From a bacterium (GTDB lineage Bacteria; Oederibacteriota; PGYV01; Palsa-1178), in contig JBAXIL010000018.1 of NCBI GenBank assembly GCA_037138355.1, forward strand, positions 1 through 30,900: a stretch of 30,900 bases of DNA, written 5' to 3'. The notes beneath the pieces were generated by a model. The model had not been told where the DNA came from. It was given only the letters and a program-made list of their open reading frames with translations, and did no database searches. The position numbers were made by a program, and so were the translations under genes. This document shows positions 10,045-20,644 of this stretch, piece after piece (within the stretch, counting starts at the first letter, position 1; each line of letters opens with the position of its first letter).

Positions 10045-10628
10045 TAAGAACCTTTAGAAATAAGTTCTAACGCTTCTTTGCGTGTTGATTCATTTTTTCT
10101 AAAGATTCCCCTTATGGCAGAAGTAATCATTTTCGAACCAGGTTTTTTGACCCCACGCATAGTCATACAAAGATGTTCGGCTTCTACAATCACAAGTACG
10201 CCGAGTGGCTCTATGGCTTTCATTATCGTGTCTGCTATTTGCGAAGTTAAGCGCTCCTGCAATTGTAATCTTTTGGCATAGAGTTCTACTACTCTGGCAA
10301 GCTTGCTTAAACCGAGTAATTTATTTTTTTTAGGAATATAAGCGATGTGTGCTTTGCCCAAAAATGGTAGCAAATGATGTTCGCAAACTGAATAAAAAGG
10401 AATATCTTTTAATATGACCATTTCATCATGTTCTTCTGCTTCAAAAACTTTTATCACATCTTTTGGTTCCTTCCCTATACCATCAAATATATCTGCGTAC
10501 ATATCAGCCACACGACGAGGTGTCTCACGCAGACCTTCGCGGTTTATGTCATCGCCTATGGCGTCTATGATAAGACGCACTGCTTTTTCTATTGCTGCTT
10601 TATCAAACTGTTTTTTTCTTTTTGCCAT
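10044..10628 (-). CDS. folE: GTP cyclohydrolase I
   Basis: [38 protein letters not shown] motifs; probable start ATG 10628 overlapping the ftsH 3' end. Confidence 0.96.
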   Translation of the reverse strand: MAKRKKQFDKAAIEKAVRLIIDAIGDDINREGLRETPRRVADMYADIFDGIGKEPKDVIKVFEAEEHDEMVILKDIPFYSVCEHHLLPFLGKAHIAYIPKKNKLLGLSKLARVVELYAKRLQLQERLTSQIADTIMKAIEPLGVLVIVEAEHLCMTMRGVKKPGSKMITSAIRGIFRKNESTRKEALELISKGS

Positions 10629-12450
10629 TGCCCGCATACTCCTGATACATTTTTTCAAAATCTTCGCCTTCTATAGTTTCTTTTTCAAGCAAAGCTTTTG
10701 CCACCACATCAAGAAATTTTCTATTCTTTTTGAGTATGTCATATGCCTTTGTATGCGCTCCGTCAACTATAGCTTTTACTTCAGCGTCTATTTTTTGTGC
10801 AGTGTCTTCACTGTAGTTTTTTTCTCTCATAAAATCTTTTCCAATAAATACTTCTTGATTTGACTTACCCCATGCCAAAGCACCAAGCTTGTCGCTCATA
10901 CCAAGTTCACATACCATTCTATGTGCTATAGAAGTCGCTCTTTCTATATCATTTGCTGCTCCTGTAGTATAATCAGTAAAAACCAGTTCTTCAGCTGCTC
11001 TTCCACCCATGAAAAGAGTGATAGTGTTAATTAGCTCGCTTCTTTTATACGAATGTTTGTCTTCTATAGGAAGTGAGAGCGTATAACCTAAAGCCATTCC
11101 TCTTGGTATAATGGAAATTTTATGGACTGGATCAGTTCCTATAAGAAATCTTGTCACTATAGCATGACCAGCTTCGTGATAAGCAGTATTCTTATTTTCT
11201 TTTTCTGAAATTGTTCTTGATTTCTTCTCTGGACCTGCAATTACTCGTTCTATAGATTCTTCAAGCTCTTCCATAGTTACAGTTTTTTTATTTCTTCTTG
11301 CTGCCAAAAGGGCTCCTTCATTGACAAGGTTTGCAAGGTCTGCACCAGAAAAACCCGAAGTGCGTTTGGCTATAATGCTTAAATCTACATTAGGATCAAG
11401 CTTTACATTTTTTGAATGTACTTTTAATATTCCTTCTCTTCCTTTTATATCTGGTTTATTTACAGTAACTTGTCTGTCAAATCTTCCAGGTCTAAGCAGT
11501 GCTGGATCTAAAACATCTGGTCTGTTTGTTGCGGCTATAAGAATTACTCCAGTATTAGTTTCAAAACCATCCATTTCTACGAGTAAAGCATTCAGTGTCT
11601 GTTCTCTTTCGTCGTGTCCGCCGCCCATACCAGCGCCTCTGTAACGACCTACAGCATCTATCTCGTCTATGAAGACTATGCAAGGAGCATTTTTCTTACC
11701 TTGTTCAAATAAATCTCTTACTCTGGCAGCTCCTACTCCTACAAACATTTCTACAAAATCAGAACCTGAGATTGAGAAAAAAGGTACGCCAGCTTCTCCG
11801 GCTATAGCGCGTGCCAATAAAGTCTTTCCTGTTCCAGGAGGTCCAAGTAAAAGAACGCCCTTTGGTATTTTTCCACCCAAGACTTGAAACTTCTTAGGTT
11901 CTTTTAAAAATTGAATTATTTCTTGCAATTCTTCCTTGGCTTCGTCCACTCCTGCGACATCAGCAAATGTCACTTTGCCCCCAGTTTCCGCAAGCTTGGC
12001 TCTGCTCTTTCCAAATGTCATGGCGCCGCCACTTCCGCCGCCTTGTGAACGATTCATTATGAAGATCCAAAACACTATCAATAAGATAATAGGTCCCCAA
12101 AAGATTAAAAACGATTTGAAGATTCTACCAGCAGTAGAGCCAGGTAGTTTGACTTCTATTTTCACATTGTTATCATGTAGGGTTTTGTAAAGAAGTGGAT
12201 CATCTGTTGGAGATTTGGTGATAAACTTAGTATTATCAACTTTAGTCCCGTCAACTTGTATCAATCCCTCTTCTGTCTTAGAAATAATCACAGAAGAGAT
12301 CTCCCCTTTAGTTACAGAAGTCAAAAGATCTGAATAATTAACATTCTGAGGCCCTGTTTGATTTTTCTGATTAAAATAAGAAAATAAAACAATTATAATA
12401 AGAAATAGGAATATCCAAAAAGTAAAAGAAAAATCTGGCTTGTTTTTCAT
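10603..12450 (-). CDS. ftsH: ATP-dependent zinc metalloprotease FtsH
   Basis: Two TMs, GPPGTGKT Walker A, IDEIDAVG Walker B, RPGRFDR, HEAGH zinc motif. Confidence 0.98.
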   Translation of the reverse strand: MKNKPDFSFTFWIFLFLIIIVLFSYFNQKNQTGPQNVNYSDLLTSVTKGEISSVIISKTEEGLIQVDGTKVDNTKFITKSPTDDPLLYKTLHDNNVKIEVKLPGSTAGRIFKSFLIFWGPIILLIVFWIFIMNRSQGGGSGGAMTFGKSRAKLAETGGKVTFADVAGVDEAKEELQEIIQFLKEPKKFQVLGGKIPKGVLLLGPPGTGKTLLARAIAGEAGVPFFSISGSDFVEMFVGVGAARVRDLFEQGKKNAPCIVFIDEIDAVGRYRGAGMGGGHDEREQTLNALLVEMDGFETNTGVILIAATNRPDVLDPALLRPGRFDRQVTVNKPDIKGREGILKVHSKNVKLDPNVDLSIIAKRTSGFSGADLANLVNEGALLAARRNKKTVTMEELEESIERVIAGPEKKSRTISEKENKNTAYHEAGHAIVTRFLIGTDPVHKISIIPRGMALGYTLSLPIEDKHSYKRSELINTITLFMGGRAAEELVFTDYTTGAANDIERATSIAHRMVCELGMSDKLGALAWGKSNQEVFIGKDFMREKNYSEDTAQKIDAEVKAIVDGAHTKAYDILKKNRKFLDVVAKALLEKETIEGEDFEKMYQEYAGNGKKKKTV

Positions 12451-12491
12451 GCAAAAATCTCCTTTAGTATAGTGAAATTAAACTCTTCCCA

Positions 12492-12542
12492 TATTGTTCA
12501 TATGGAACAATAATTATATAATTATTCATGATAAATTACAAG
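12492..12542 (-). promoter_or_regulatory. Putative ftsH promoter with overlapping palindromes
   Basis: Minus strand TTGTAA-17-TATAAT; perfect 18-bp palindrome at 12509-12526 and 8-5-8 inverted repeat at 12492-12512. Confidence 0.5.
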
Positions 12543-12618
12543 AAATAAGATAAAAAAAAATTATAGGTTATTCTGTGTTTTATAGCAGAAATACGCATAT
12601 TTTGCTCACAATAAAAGT

Positions 12619-13026
12619 TTATTTTGCTGGAATTGTGACTACAGTTGCCGTAGGTTGTATTTGTGTCTGCGGACTTTCTATGCCTTTTATTTTTAAAACA
12701 TCTCGTATTGCCTTAGCATCTAAAAGTCCTTCGTATCTAAAAAACACATTGCCTTTATCATCTAAAAAGATATTTGCTGGGAACTTTTTGATATTGTATT
12801 TTTTTATTATTGCCACAGTATCATCTGAAGTAGCAGCGTAAGTAGAGATATCTACAATATTTCCATATTCTTTTTCTATGATATCCAGCACAGGTTCCAT
12901 TCTTTGGCAAACATAACAACCTCTGGAATTAATCTGCATATAACTTACTTTTTTGTATCCAAGTGAAGCACAAGAAGCAAGAAGTATAACAAGTATTAAA
13001 GTAAGAAACCATTTTATGTTATTCAT
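12619..13026 (-). CDS. Thioredoxin-fold lipoprotein
   Basis: LLASC lipobox, CYVC CxxC motif, KFP cis-Pro loop; start moved to ATG 13026. Confidence 0.85.
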   Translation of the reverse strand: MNNIKWFLTLILVILLASCASLGYKKVSYMQINSRGCYVCQRMEPVLDIIEKEYGNIVDISTYAATSDDTVAIIKKYNIKKFPANIFLDDKGNVFFRYEGLLDAKAIRDVLKIKGIESPQTQIQPTATVVTIPAK

Positions 13027-13042
13027 TTTAATCCTTTTTGTC

Positions 13043-14239
13043 TTATTTTTTTGAAAGTTTTTTGTCTTCAATAGCTTTTGTGAATTTTGCTAAAAGCTTA
13101 ACTGCCATAGCTTCGGCCGACCACTCCTGCGCATAAGCAAAGGCTTCTTTTTTCTTTGCTGCATATAAGTTTTTATCATCCAACATTTTCATTACTGCTT
13201 CTACAAAGCGGTCCACATTTAAAGGAACAAGCAACCCGCCTTTGTCTCCAGCCATCACTTCTGCCACGCCCATTTCCCCTACTGCCACTACAGGAGTTCC
13301 TACAGCCATGGCTTCTGTCACTACAAGTCCTTGTGTTTCTGTTATGGAGGCAAAGGTAAATAAATCAGCCGCTGCATAACAGTTAACCCAATCTTGCGGT
13401 TCGAAATAACCGAACCATAGTATGTCATTTTCTACACCTTTTTCTTTTGCTGCTGCATGAACTGCTTCTTCAGCCGGACCTTTTCCTGCTACCATAAGCT
13501 TTATTTCTTTTCCTGGTTTTAGTGTTTTGACTTTCTTTAACACATCAAACAGAAAAGGAATATTTTTTTCCTGCCCTATCCTACCCATAAATAAAAATAA
13601 AATAGTGTCTGCTGGAATATTGTTTTTCTTTCTGAAATCTGCTCCATCAAACTTTTTAAACTTATCCATTTTTATGCCAGTAGGATTGACAAGCACTGGT
13701 TTTGTTACTTTGTAAGACAATAACAAATCACGCATTTGTGTAGAAGGTGTTATATTCAAATCCATTTTTTCGCAGTACCATCTTGAAAACCATTTTGAAA
13801 ACCACAGACCGATTGGTCTTGGTAAGAACTTAACATAGTGTATATAGGACTCAAACATAGTGTGGTAAGTATGGACTATTACACTGTCCATTTCTTTAGC
13901 CCATTTTACAGCTTCCATTCCGAGGGCAAAAGGTGTCTGCGTATGTACGACATCAAACTTATGACGCAAAAGCTCTTCTTTAATTTTTTTTCTCATGGAC
14001 GGAAGCCATGGATTTGGCAATCTATCTTCTGGATCAAAAAACAGATAATGAGATTTAATTCTTATTACAAATTGTTCATTTTCAGAATCCTTGAAATCTT
14101 TTTGTGCGGCAGGAAACTCAGGAGCTATAATCTTAACTTCGTGTCCGAATTTTCTGTATTCATTAGCAAAGGTGTCTATAGATGTCACGACGCCGTTTAC
14201 TCTGGGTCTGTATGTGTCAGTAACGATTGCAATTTTCAT
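13043..14239 (-). CDS. Glycosyltransferase family 4 (glycosyldiacylglycerol synthase-like)
   Basis: MKIAIVTDTYRPRVNGVVTS, HTQTPF, HTYHT, GRIGQEKN, ETQGLVVTEAMA motifs. Confidence 0.92.
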   Translation of the reverse strand: MKIAIVTDTYRPRVNGVVTSIDTFANEYRKFGHEVKIIAPEFPAAQKDFKDSENEQFVIRIKSHYLFFDPEDRLPNPWLPSMRKKIKEELLRHKFDVVHTQTPFALGMEAVKWAKEMDSVIVHTYHTMFESYIHYVKFLPRPIGLWFSKWFSRWYCEKMDLNITPSTQMRDLLLSYKVTKPVLVNPTGIKMDKFKKFDGADFRKKNNIPADTILFLFMGRIGQEKNIPFLFDVLKKVKTLKPGKEIKLMVAGKGPAEEAVHAAAKEKGVENDILWFGYFEPQDWVNCYAAADLFTFASITETQGLVVTEAMAVGTPVVAVGEMGVAEVMAGDKGGLLVPLNVDRFVEAVMKMLDDKNLYAAKKKEAFAYAQEWSAEAMAVKLLAKFTKAIEDKKLSKK

Positions 14240-14269
14240 TTAAAACCTCCATTGGTGTTGTCCTAAAGA

Positions 14270-14968
14270 TTATTCCTTCTTCTTTTTTTCTTCTGTGATT
14301 TTTTCCCAAGCATCTCTTGCCATGTTTTCTATATTTGGAAAATTTGAAATCTGTGGGTTCTTTACAACTCGTGAAAACCACTGAACTGCTTCTGTGTGAT
14401 TACCGAGCATTCTATTTAATTCGCCCGCCAGATACATTATGCCTGGAACGCCTATTTTTTCAGGTATATGAGCTCCCTTTTCGTAAGTCTTTATGTAATA
14501 CTCAAGAGCAGATTTCAAATACTCTTTATCTTTTTCTTTCTCCCCACTATCCCGATATATCCAGGCAATATGCATAAAGAGTCCGGCGATAGTTAGCGGA
14601 TCCTCAGGCTTATAATGTTTAGCAAAGGTTATTGTTAATAAATGTTTTTTTATAGCAGTTTCTGCATCAAGTTCTTTGGTCTGTTTGAAAGAAATGTTTT
14701 TCTTCGAACTTTTTATGGCGGCAGAAAGTTTTAATACTTCTGGATGATACTCAAGAGTTTTAACATCAAAATCATCGTTTCTGGCTCCATAATTGCAATC
14801 AGGACAAACCGTTACAGCATAAAATAAAGGGAAAATATCTTCATAAACTTTATGAAAATCCGGATCTGATGATTTTACTATCAATGCAGATGGCTTTACC
14901 CGAGGGGTTTTAAAAACCATATCACACGCTGGACATTTAACTTCTTTTAGCCAAATTGGTTCGCCCAT
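14270..14968 (-). CDS. DUF2225-family protein (zinc-ribbon plus TPR-like)
   Basis: CPAC and VCPDCNYG cysteine pairs, AWIYR, YLAGELNRMLG helical repeats. Confidence 0.8.
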   Translation of the reverse strand: MGEPIWLKEVKCPACDMVFKTPRVKPSALIVKSSDPDFHKVYEDIFPLFYAVTVCPDCNYGARNDDFDVKTLEYHPEVLKLSAAIKSSKKNISFKQTKELDAETAIKKHLLTITFAKHYKPEDPLTIAGLFMHIAWIYRDSGEKEKDKEYLKSALEYYIKTYEKGAHIPEKIGVPGIMYLAGELNRMLGNHTEAVQWFSRVVKNPQISNFPNIENMARDAWEKITEEKKKKE

Positions 14969-14992
14969 AACTCTCCTAACAGAGATTAATAG

Positions 14993-16177
14993 CTATTTCA
15001 AAAAATCTTTAATGCGGTCTAAACCTTTGTCTATGTTTGCCAGTGAAGTGGCATAAGAAAGCCTAAAATGCACATCACTTCCAAAAGCAATTCCAGGAAC
15101 TACTGCCACTTTTGCTTCAGTTAAAAGCATATCTGCCAAAGTCATAGAGCCATCTATTTTTCTTCCGTTTATTTCTTTTCCAATTAATTTTTTAAAGTTT
15201 GGAAACACATAAAAAGCGCCATCTGGTTCTACGCATGTCATACCTGGTATATCAAGAACTCTTTTTAATATATGTTTTCTGCGTTTGTCAAACTCAACTA
15301 CCATACGCGTCACGACTTCTTCATTGGTTTTCATAGCTTCTATAGCGGCATACTGCGATGGCGTGGCAGGATTTGACGTAGAGTGCGACTGCAAGTTGTC
15401 CATGGCTTTAACCAGTTCCATATCATCGCAGGCTATATAACCTATTCTCCAACCAGTCATAGCATGTGATTTTGAAACTCCATTTACCACTATTGTCTTT
15501 GCTTTAACTTCCGGTGAAAGAGATGCTATAGAAATATGCTTTTTCCCATTGTAAAGATTTTTTTCATAAATCTCATCCGATATTATTAAGATATTGTGTT
15601 TTAAGCATATATCAGCTATCTGTTTTATCGAATCAAGTGATAATACGCAACCAGTAGGATTTGAAGGCGAATTTAGTATGAGCATTTTTGTTTTTGGAGT
15701 TATTTTTGATTTCAAAAGGTCCATATTGATTTCAAAATTCTTTGATTCGTCTAAATCTACCATTACAGGAATTGCGTCAGCCATTTTAACCATTTCTACA
15801 TACGATACCCAAAATGGCGAAAAGATTATGACTTCATCCCCAGGATTAATTCCTGCCATGAATATATTATAAAGTGAATGCTTGGCACCACAGGAAATAA
15901 TTATATTGGCTGGCTTGTAATCTAAATTATTATCTTTTTTAAGTTTAGCAGCAATTAAAGTTTTTAGTTCAGGCATACCAGAGGCAGGCGTATATCTTGT
16001 TTTGTTTTCAGTTATGGCTTTAATACCTGCCAACTTAATATTATCAGGAGTGTTAAAATCAGGTTCTCCTGCCCCAAATCCAACCAAGTCAATTCCGTCT
16101 GCAATCATTTGTTTCGCCTTTGCATCAATCGCAAGAGTGATAGAAGCCGACACTTTTCTCATTCTATCTGCAATCAT
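14993..16177 (-). CDS. aspC: Class I/II PLP-dependent aminotransferase, aspartate aminotransferase type
   Basis: GAGEPDF, NSPSNPTG, SDEIY, SKSHAMTGWRIG motifs; ATG 16177 behind GGAGG. Confidence 0.88.
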   Translation of the reverse strand: MIADRMRKVSASITLAIDAKAKQMIADGIDLVGFGAGEPDFNTPDNIKLAGIKAITENKTRYTPASGMPELKTLIAAKLKKDNNLDYKPANIIISCGAKHSLYNIFMAGINPGDEVIIFSPFWVSYVEMVKMADAIPVMVDLDESKNFEINMDLLKSKITPKTKMLILNSPSNPTGCVLSLDSIKQIADICLKHNILIISDEIYEKNLYNGKKHISIASLSPEVKAKTIVVNGVSKSHAMTGWRIGYIACDDMELVKAMDNLQSHSTSNPATPSQYAAIEAMKTNEEVVTRMVVEFDKRRKHILKRVLDIPGMTCVEPDGAFYVFPNFKKLIGKEINGRKIDGSMTLADMLLTEAKVAVVPGIAFGSDVHFRLSYATSLANIDKGLDRIKDFLK

Positions 16178-16228
16178 TTTCAAACCTCCGTTTATTTGCC
16201 ATTTGGCATAGTTACGATTCTCTTAAAC

Positions 16229-17446
16229 TTATTTTACCATCATTGCTTTTATGTTTTTTAAGGCCTGTTTTGTTCTCTGTTCATTTTCAATAAGGGCAAA
16301 GCGCACAAACCCTTCCCCACCTGCTCCAAATCCAGAACCTGGGGAAACTGCAACATCTGCTTCTTTCATAAGCTTCATTGAAAAATCAAGAGAAGTCATT
16401 ACTTGATACTGTGTAGGTATTTTTGCCCAAACGAACATGGTGGCTTTAGGCAAATCCACAGGCCAACCTATTTTATTCATGCCATCTACGAGCACATCTC
16501 TTCTTTCTTTATACAGTTGTCTAATATCTTTGACGCAATCATCTCTGCTGTTTAAGGCGTGTATAGCTGCAATCTGTATAGGCTGAAACATACCATAATC
16601 CAAATAACTTTTAATTTTTTCTAAGGCCTTAACTATATATTTATTTCCTACCATAAAGCCTACTCTCCAACCAGGCATATTATAGGTTTTTGATAAAGTG
16701 TAAAACTCTGCCCCAATATCTTTTGCACCAGCTACCTGTAAAAAACTTGGAGGCACATAGCCGTCAAAATACAATTCAGAATAAGCGACATCATGCAACG
16801 CTATGATATTATTTTTCTTAGAAAAAGCCACGACCTTTTCGAAAAACTTTATGTCAACTACTTCTGCCGTAGGATTGTGTGGATAATTTAATAGAAGAAA
16901 CTTTGGTTTTGGCCATGAATTTTCTACTGCTTTTACCATATCCTCAAAAAAGTCTCTGCCCTTTACTATAGGAACAGAAATCACATTTCCACCAGCAAGT
17001 GAAACGGCATAGGAATGAATCGGATAGCAAGGAGTAGGAACTATAACACTATCTCCACGATTAATAACAGCATACATTAAGTGGGATATGCCTTCTTTAG
17101 AACCTATAGTAGTTATGCACTCTGTATTTGGATCCAAATCCACATTAAATCGTCTCTTATAAAAATCAGATACTGCGAGATTTAGTTTATAAATACCACG
17201 AGAAGCAGAATATCTATGATTCTTTGGATTTTGTACAGCTTCGCAAAGCTTATCCACTATGTGTTGCGGAGTGGCTCCGTCAGGATTTCCCATTGAAAAA
17301 TCAATTATATCTTTACCTGCTTTTCTAAGTGCTGCAAGTTCTTTTTTTACCACGCCAAATACATAGGGCGGCAAAGATTTTAATTTCTCGCCTTCAAGAT
17401 TCTGAAGTGTTTTTAATAAATCGCCTTCGAGGTTTTTCATATCCAT
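16229..17446 (-). CDS. alaC: Class I/II PLP aminotransferase, AlaC (glutamate-pyruvate) / LL-DAP aminotransferase-like
   Basis: LPPYVF, DFSMGNPDGATP, TIGSKEG, SKTYNMPGWRVG, KSYLDYG, VRFALIENE resemble AlaC/YfdZ; substrate not certain. Confidence 0.75.
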   Translation of the reverse strand: MDMKNLEGDLLKTLQNLEGEKLKSLPPYVFGVVKKELAALRKAGKDIIDFSMGNPDGATPQHIVDKLCEAVQNPKNHRYSASRGIYKLNLAVSDFYKRRFNVDLDPNTECITTIGSKEGISHLMYAVINRGDSVIVPTPCYPIHSYAVSLAGGNVISVPIVKGRDFFEDMVKAVENSWPKPKFLLLNYPHNPTAEVVDIKFFEKVVAFSKKNNIIALHDVAYSELYFDGYVPPSFLQVAGAKDIGAEFYTLSKTYNMPGWRVGFMVGNKYIVKALEKIKSYLDYGMFQPIQIAAIHALNSRDDCVKDIRQLYKERRDVLVDGMNKIGWPVDLPKATMFVWAKIPTQYQVMTSLDFSMKLMKEADVAVSPGSGFGAGGEGFVRFALIENEQRTKQALKNIKAMMVK

Positions 17447-17468
17447 AATTGCCTCCTTTAGCTTCGAA

Positions 17469-18368
17469 TTAGAAAGTCACCATTTTTTTAATTTCTTTCA
17501 CTCTTGTTTCGATATCTTTTGAAGTTATTTTTAGAAGTCCGTCAATTGAAAAATCTTCCACAGTAAAAGAAGCGACAGTATTTCCATAAGCAATTGCTTT
17601 TTTCAAAGCAGCAGCATCTGTATTTTTGTTTTTTGCCAAATAACCGATAAAAGCACCAGCAAATGAATCTCCTGCTCCTGTTGGATCTACGACATTTGCC
17701 ACTGGATAAGAGGGTAAAGAAAAGTACATACCATCCCCTGACAAACAGGCTCCGTGTTCACCTTTTTTAATTATAACATATTTCGGTCCGAGCTTTTGAA
17801 TTTCTAAAGCCCCGTGAAGCACATTGTCTTTACCAGTGAAAAGTCGTATTTCTTCGTCATTTAAAACAACACAATCCACTCTTTTAAAAACTTCTGTGAG
17901 CTCTTTCTTTTTTATGTTTATCCATAAATCCATAGTGTCACAAATAGTGAACTTAAGCTTTCTCATTGAGTTTAATACTTTCATTTGAAGCGTAGGGTCT
18001 ATATTAGCGAGAAATAAAAATGGTATGTCCTTATACTTCTCTGGCAATTCTGGTTCAAAGTTTTCAAAGACATTGAGTTCGGTTGTAATCGTTTCACGGG
18101 TCTTCATATCCTGATTATACTTGCCTGCCCAAAAAAACGACTTTCCTGGTGATTTTTTTACGCCGTCAGTATCAATTTTTCTTTCCTGTAGAATATTCAT
18201 GTGTTCTTCAGTGAAATCATCTCCTACCACGCCAACTATATGAGGTCTGTCAAAATTAGAAGCTGCCAAAGAGGCATATACGCATGCTCCGCCAATCACT
18301 CTTTCCCTTTTGGCGAAAGGTGTTTCTATGGTATCAAAAGCCATTGAACCTACTATAACTAATGACAT
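17469..18368 (-). CDS. PfkB-family carbohydrate/nucleoside kinase
   Basis: VGSMAFDTIETP, IKKGEHG, VDPTGAGDSFAG motifs. Confidence 0.92.
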   Translation of the reverse strand: MSLVIVGSMAFDTIETPFAKRERVIGGACVYASLAASNFDRPHIVGVVGDDFTEEHMNILQERKIDTDGVKKSPGKSFFWAGKYNQDMKTRETITTELNVFENFEPELPEKYKDIPFLFLANIDPTLQMKVLNSMRKLKFTICDTMDLWINIKKKELTEVFKRVDCVVLNDEEIRLFTGKDNVLHGALEIQKLGPKYVIIKKGEHGACLSGDGMYFSLPSYPVANVVDPTGAGDSFAGAFIGYLAKNKNTDAAALKKAIAYGNTVASFTVEDFSIDGLLKITSKDIETRVKEIKKMVTF

Positions 18369-18401
18369 ATCGTTCTCCTTTAAGGTTTTTCTTTGCTAAT
18401 G

Positions 18402-18429
18402 AATATAACATTTATAGCAATAAAATCAA
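18402..18429 (-). promoter_or_regulatory. Putative promoter of the PfkB-aminotransferase operon
   Basis: Minus strand TTGATT (18429-18424), 16 nt, TGn-TATATT (18407-18402). Confidence 0.5.
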
Positions 18430-18484
18430 TAGTTTTTTAGATTTGAAAAAGCAAATAGGTCAATAGTCGCAGAAAATGAGCGTT

Positions 18485-19084
18485 TTATTTATTATCTTTC
18501 AAAAAATAATTAGCTTTATATGCATCTCCGAGAATAAATGGCTTGCCGTGACCTGGATAGACCATAAGGGATTTATCAAAAGAATCAAATAACTTTATGC
18601 TGTTTTGAAGGGTTTTTGAATCACCTGTCGGCAAATCTGTCCTACCTACAGTGTCATAAAATAGCGTATCGCCTGAAAATAGATTGTTGCCTATTTTAAT
18701 TACAACGCCACCTGCCGTATGCCCAGGAGTGTGATATATTTCAATATCATCAATCGTGTATTTGCTTCCACTAAAATAATTAATGTCTTTTATTGAGAAA
18801 GCATCAACGGTATATTGCGAAAGATTCTTCGAAGCGTCTTCAAGTAGGACTTTTTCGTCAGCATGAGCATATATTAATTTTTTGTCAAAAATACTAAATG
18901 AAAAAGTGTGGTCGTAATGTCCGTGCGTTAAAAAAACATATTTAAGGGATGCGGGGCATTTTTTAATTACGGCTTTAATACTTTCAGTATCTATACCAGG
19001 GTCTATGATATAAGAATTATTATCATCCGTAATATGATAACAATTTTCTCCGAATTCTTTATCTGTAATTGTTAAAATCTGCAC
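18485..19084 (-). CDS. MBL-fold metallo-hydrolase (glyoxalase II/YcbL-like)
   Basis: THGHYDH, HTPGHT, FSGDTLF, GRTDL, YPGHG motifs; GTG 19084 behind GAGGTG. Confidence 0.92.
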   Translation of the reverse strand: MQILTITDKEFGENCYHITDDNNSYIIDPGIDTESIKAVIKKCPASLKYVFLTHGHYDHTFSFSIFDKKLIYAHADEKVLLEDASKNLSQYTVDAFSIKDINYFSGSKYTIDDIEIYHTPGHTAGGVVIKIGNNLFSGDTLFYDTVGRTDLPTGDSKTLQNSIKLFDSFDKSLMVYPGHGKPFILGDAYKANYFLKDNK

Positions 19085-19098
19085 TAAACACCTCTTTA

Positions 19099-20103
19099 TT
19101 ATATTTGCCCAGAAAGCTTCTGTACAATCAAACTCACTATGGCAGTTATTACCCAAACGATTAATCCTAAAAACATTGGTTTAGCACCTGTTTTTAACAT
19201 TTGTTTGAAATCAGAGTTTAAACCTATTGCTGATAAAGCCCAAATTATTAAAAACTTTCCAATCTCAGTGCAACTTTTTCCAGCTTCAGGTGATATTATT
19301 CCTGAAGTATTTAAAAGTGAAGCACCAAGAAATCCTAAAATAAACCAAGGAAAGATTTTTGTAAAGCTATACTTCGTATTTGTCTTTACTGATTCTTTGG
19401 ATTTTTTAAACATAATAATAACTGCGAAAATCATAGATATAGGTATTATCATTATAGTTCGTGTGAGTTTTACGATAGTCGCATAGGTGCCTGCGTCATT
19501 ACCATAACTGTAAGCAGCCGCCACTACTGACGAAGTGTCGTTAATTGCGGTGCCAGCCCATAGTCCAAAGCCGTGTTGTGATAAACCGATAAGATGGCCG
19601 ATAACAGGAAAAACCAAAACTGCTGCTACATTAAACATAAAAACCGTAGATATGGAATAAGCGATATCTTTGTCCTCTGCTTCTATTATCGGGGCAATAG
19701 CAGCAATTGCCGACCCACCGCAAATGGCAGTTCCCATTCCTATAAGAGTGGTTATTTTAAACGGAACCTTTAAGAGCTTTCCAAATAGATATGCTGCAAT
19801 AAAAGCAGCTGAGAGAGTGTAAATCATGACGAGTAAAGAAGATAATCCTCTCTGATATACTTGTGTTAAACTCAAACCACCTCCGAGAATAATAATTGCC
19901 CACTGCAGAATTATCTTTGAAGTGAATTTTATTCCAGAACTTGTGTCTTTGGGAAGTCCTATGATATTACCAAATAATATACCAAGTATAATTCCAAATA
20001 CTGCTCCACCTACAATCGGTAAAAGATTTCCGAGCAGAGCAGCAACGATAGCCACACTGAGTGAAAGAAGTAATCCTTTAATATTAAGTTTTAACCAAGT
20101 CAT
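19099..20103 (-). CDS. YeiH/UPF0324 (putative sulfate exporter family) membrane protein
   Basis: Multiple TMs, GTAICGGSAIAA, WAGTAINDTSSV, VKLTR, FPWFILGF motifs. Confidence 0.92.
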   Translation of the reverse strand: MTWLKLNIKGLLLSLSVAIVAALLGNLLPIVGGAVFGIILGILFGNIIGLPKDTSSGIKFTSKIILQWAIIILGGGLSLTQVYQRGLSSLLVMIYTLSAAFIAAYLFGKLLKVPFKITTLIGMGTAICGGSAIAAIAPIIEAEDKDIAYSISTVFMFNVAAVLVFPVIGHLIGLSQHGFGLWAGTAINDTSSVVAAAYSYGNDAGTYATIVKLTRTIMIIPISMIFAVIIMFKKSKESVKTNTKYSFTKIFPWFILGFLGASLLNTSGIISPEAGKSCTEIGKFLIIWALSAIGLNSDFKQMLKTGAKPMFLGLIVWVITAIVSLIVQKLSGQI

Positions 20104-20120
20104 AATATCACCTTTAATAT

Positions 20121-20630
20121 TTATTTTGTATAACTTCCACCAGTCATAAATCTAACATGCCAGTATGGTGTGTCGAGAGTATCTTCTTTTATGGTTTTCC
20201 CTATGCCTGGCGAGTGTATGAACTTTCCTTTACCTGAATATATACCAACATGGTTTACTCCATAACCACGAGAATTAAAAAACACAAGATCACCTTTTTT
20301 TAGTAATGCTTCCTCTATTTTCCTTGAGGCCTGATACTGTTCTATGGCGCGTCTGGGAATATCAATACCTGCCTTAGAATAAACATATTGAGTAAAGCCA
20401 GAACAATCATAACCATAATCACTATCTTGACCACCTGGCCAGTAATCTACACCTATGAGTGAGTAAGCAGACGAAAGAATAATTTCTCTTTTTGTCCTTT
20501 TTTTAGATGCTATTTTTTTAACAGCAGGAGTAAGCGCTAATTCACTCGTCCTGTCATAGAGTTCTGCTGTAAAAAAAGTAAAAGAAAATATAATAAAAGT
20601 TAAAGTTAATAAATATTTAATCAATTTCAT
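20121..20630 (-). CDS. NlpC/P60 (C40) peptidoglycan peptidase, exported
   Basis: YDCSGF, GDLVFF, HVGIY, FIHS motifs; N-terminal signal/TM; start moved to ATG 20630. Confidence 0.92.
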   Translation of the reverse strand: MKLIKYLLTLTFIIFSFTFFTAELYDRTSELALTPAVKKIASKKRTKREIILSSAYSLIGVDYWPGGQDSDYGYDCSGFTQYVYSKAGIDIPRRAIEQYQASRKIEEALLKKGDLVFFNSRGYGVNHVGIYSGKGKFIHSPGIGKTIKEDTLDTPYWHVRFMTGGSYTK

Positions 20631-20644
20631 TATTGCCTCTTTTT

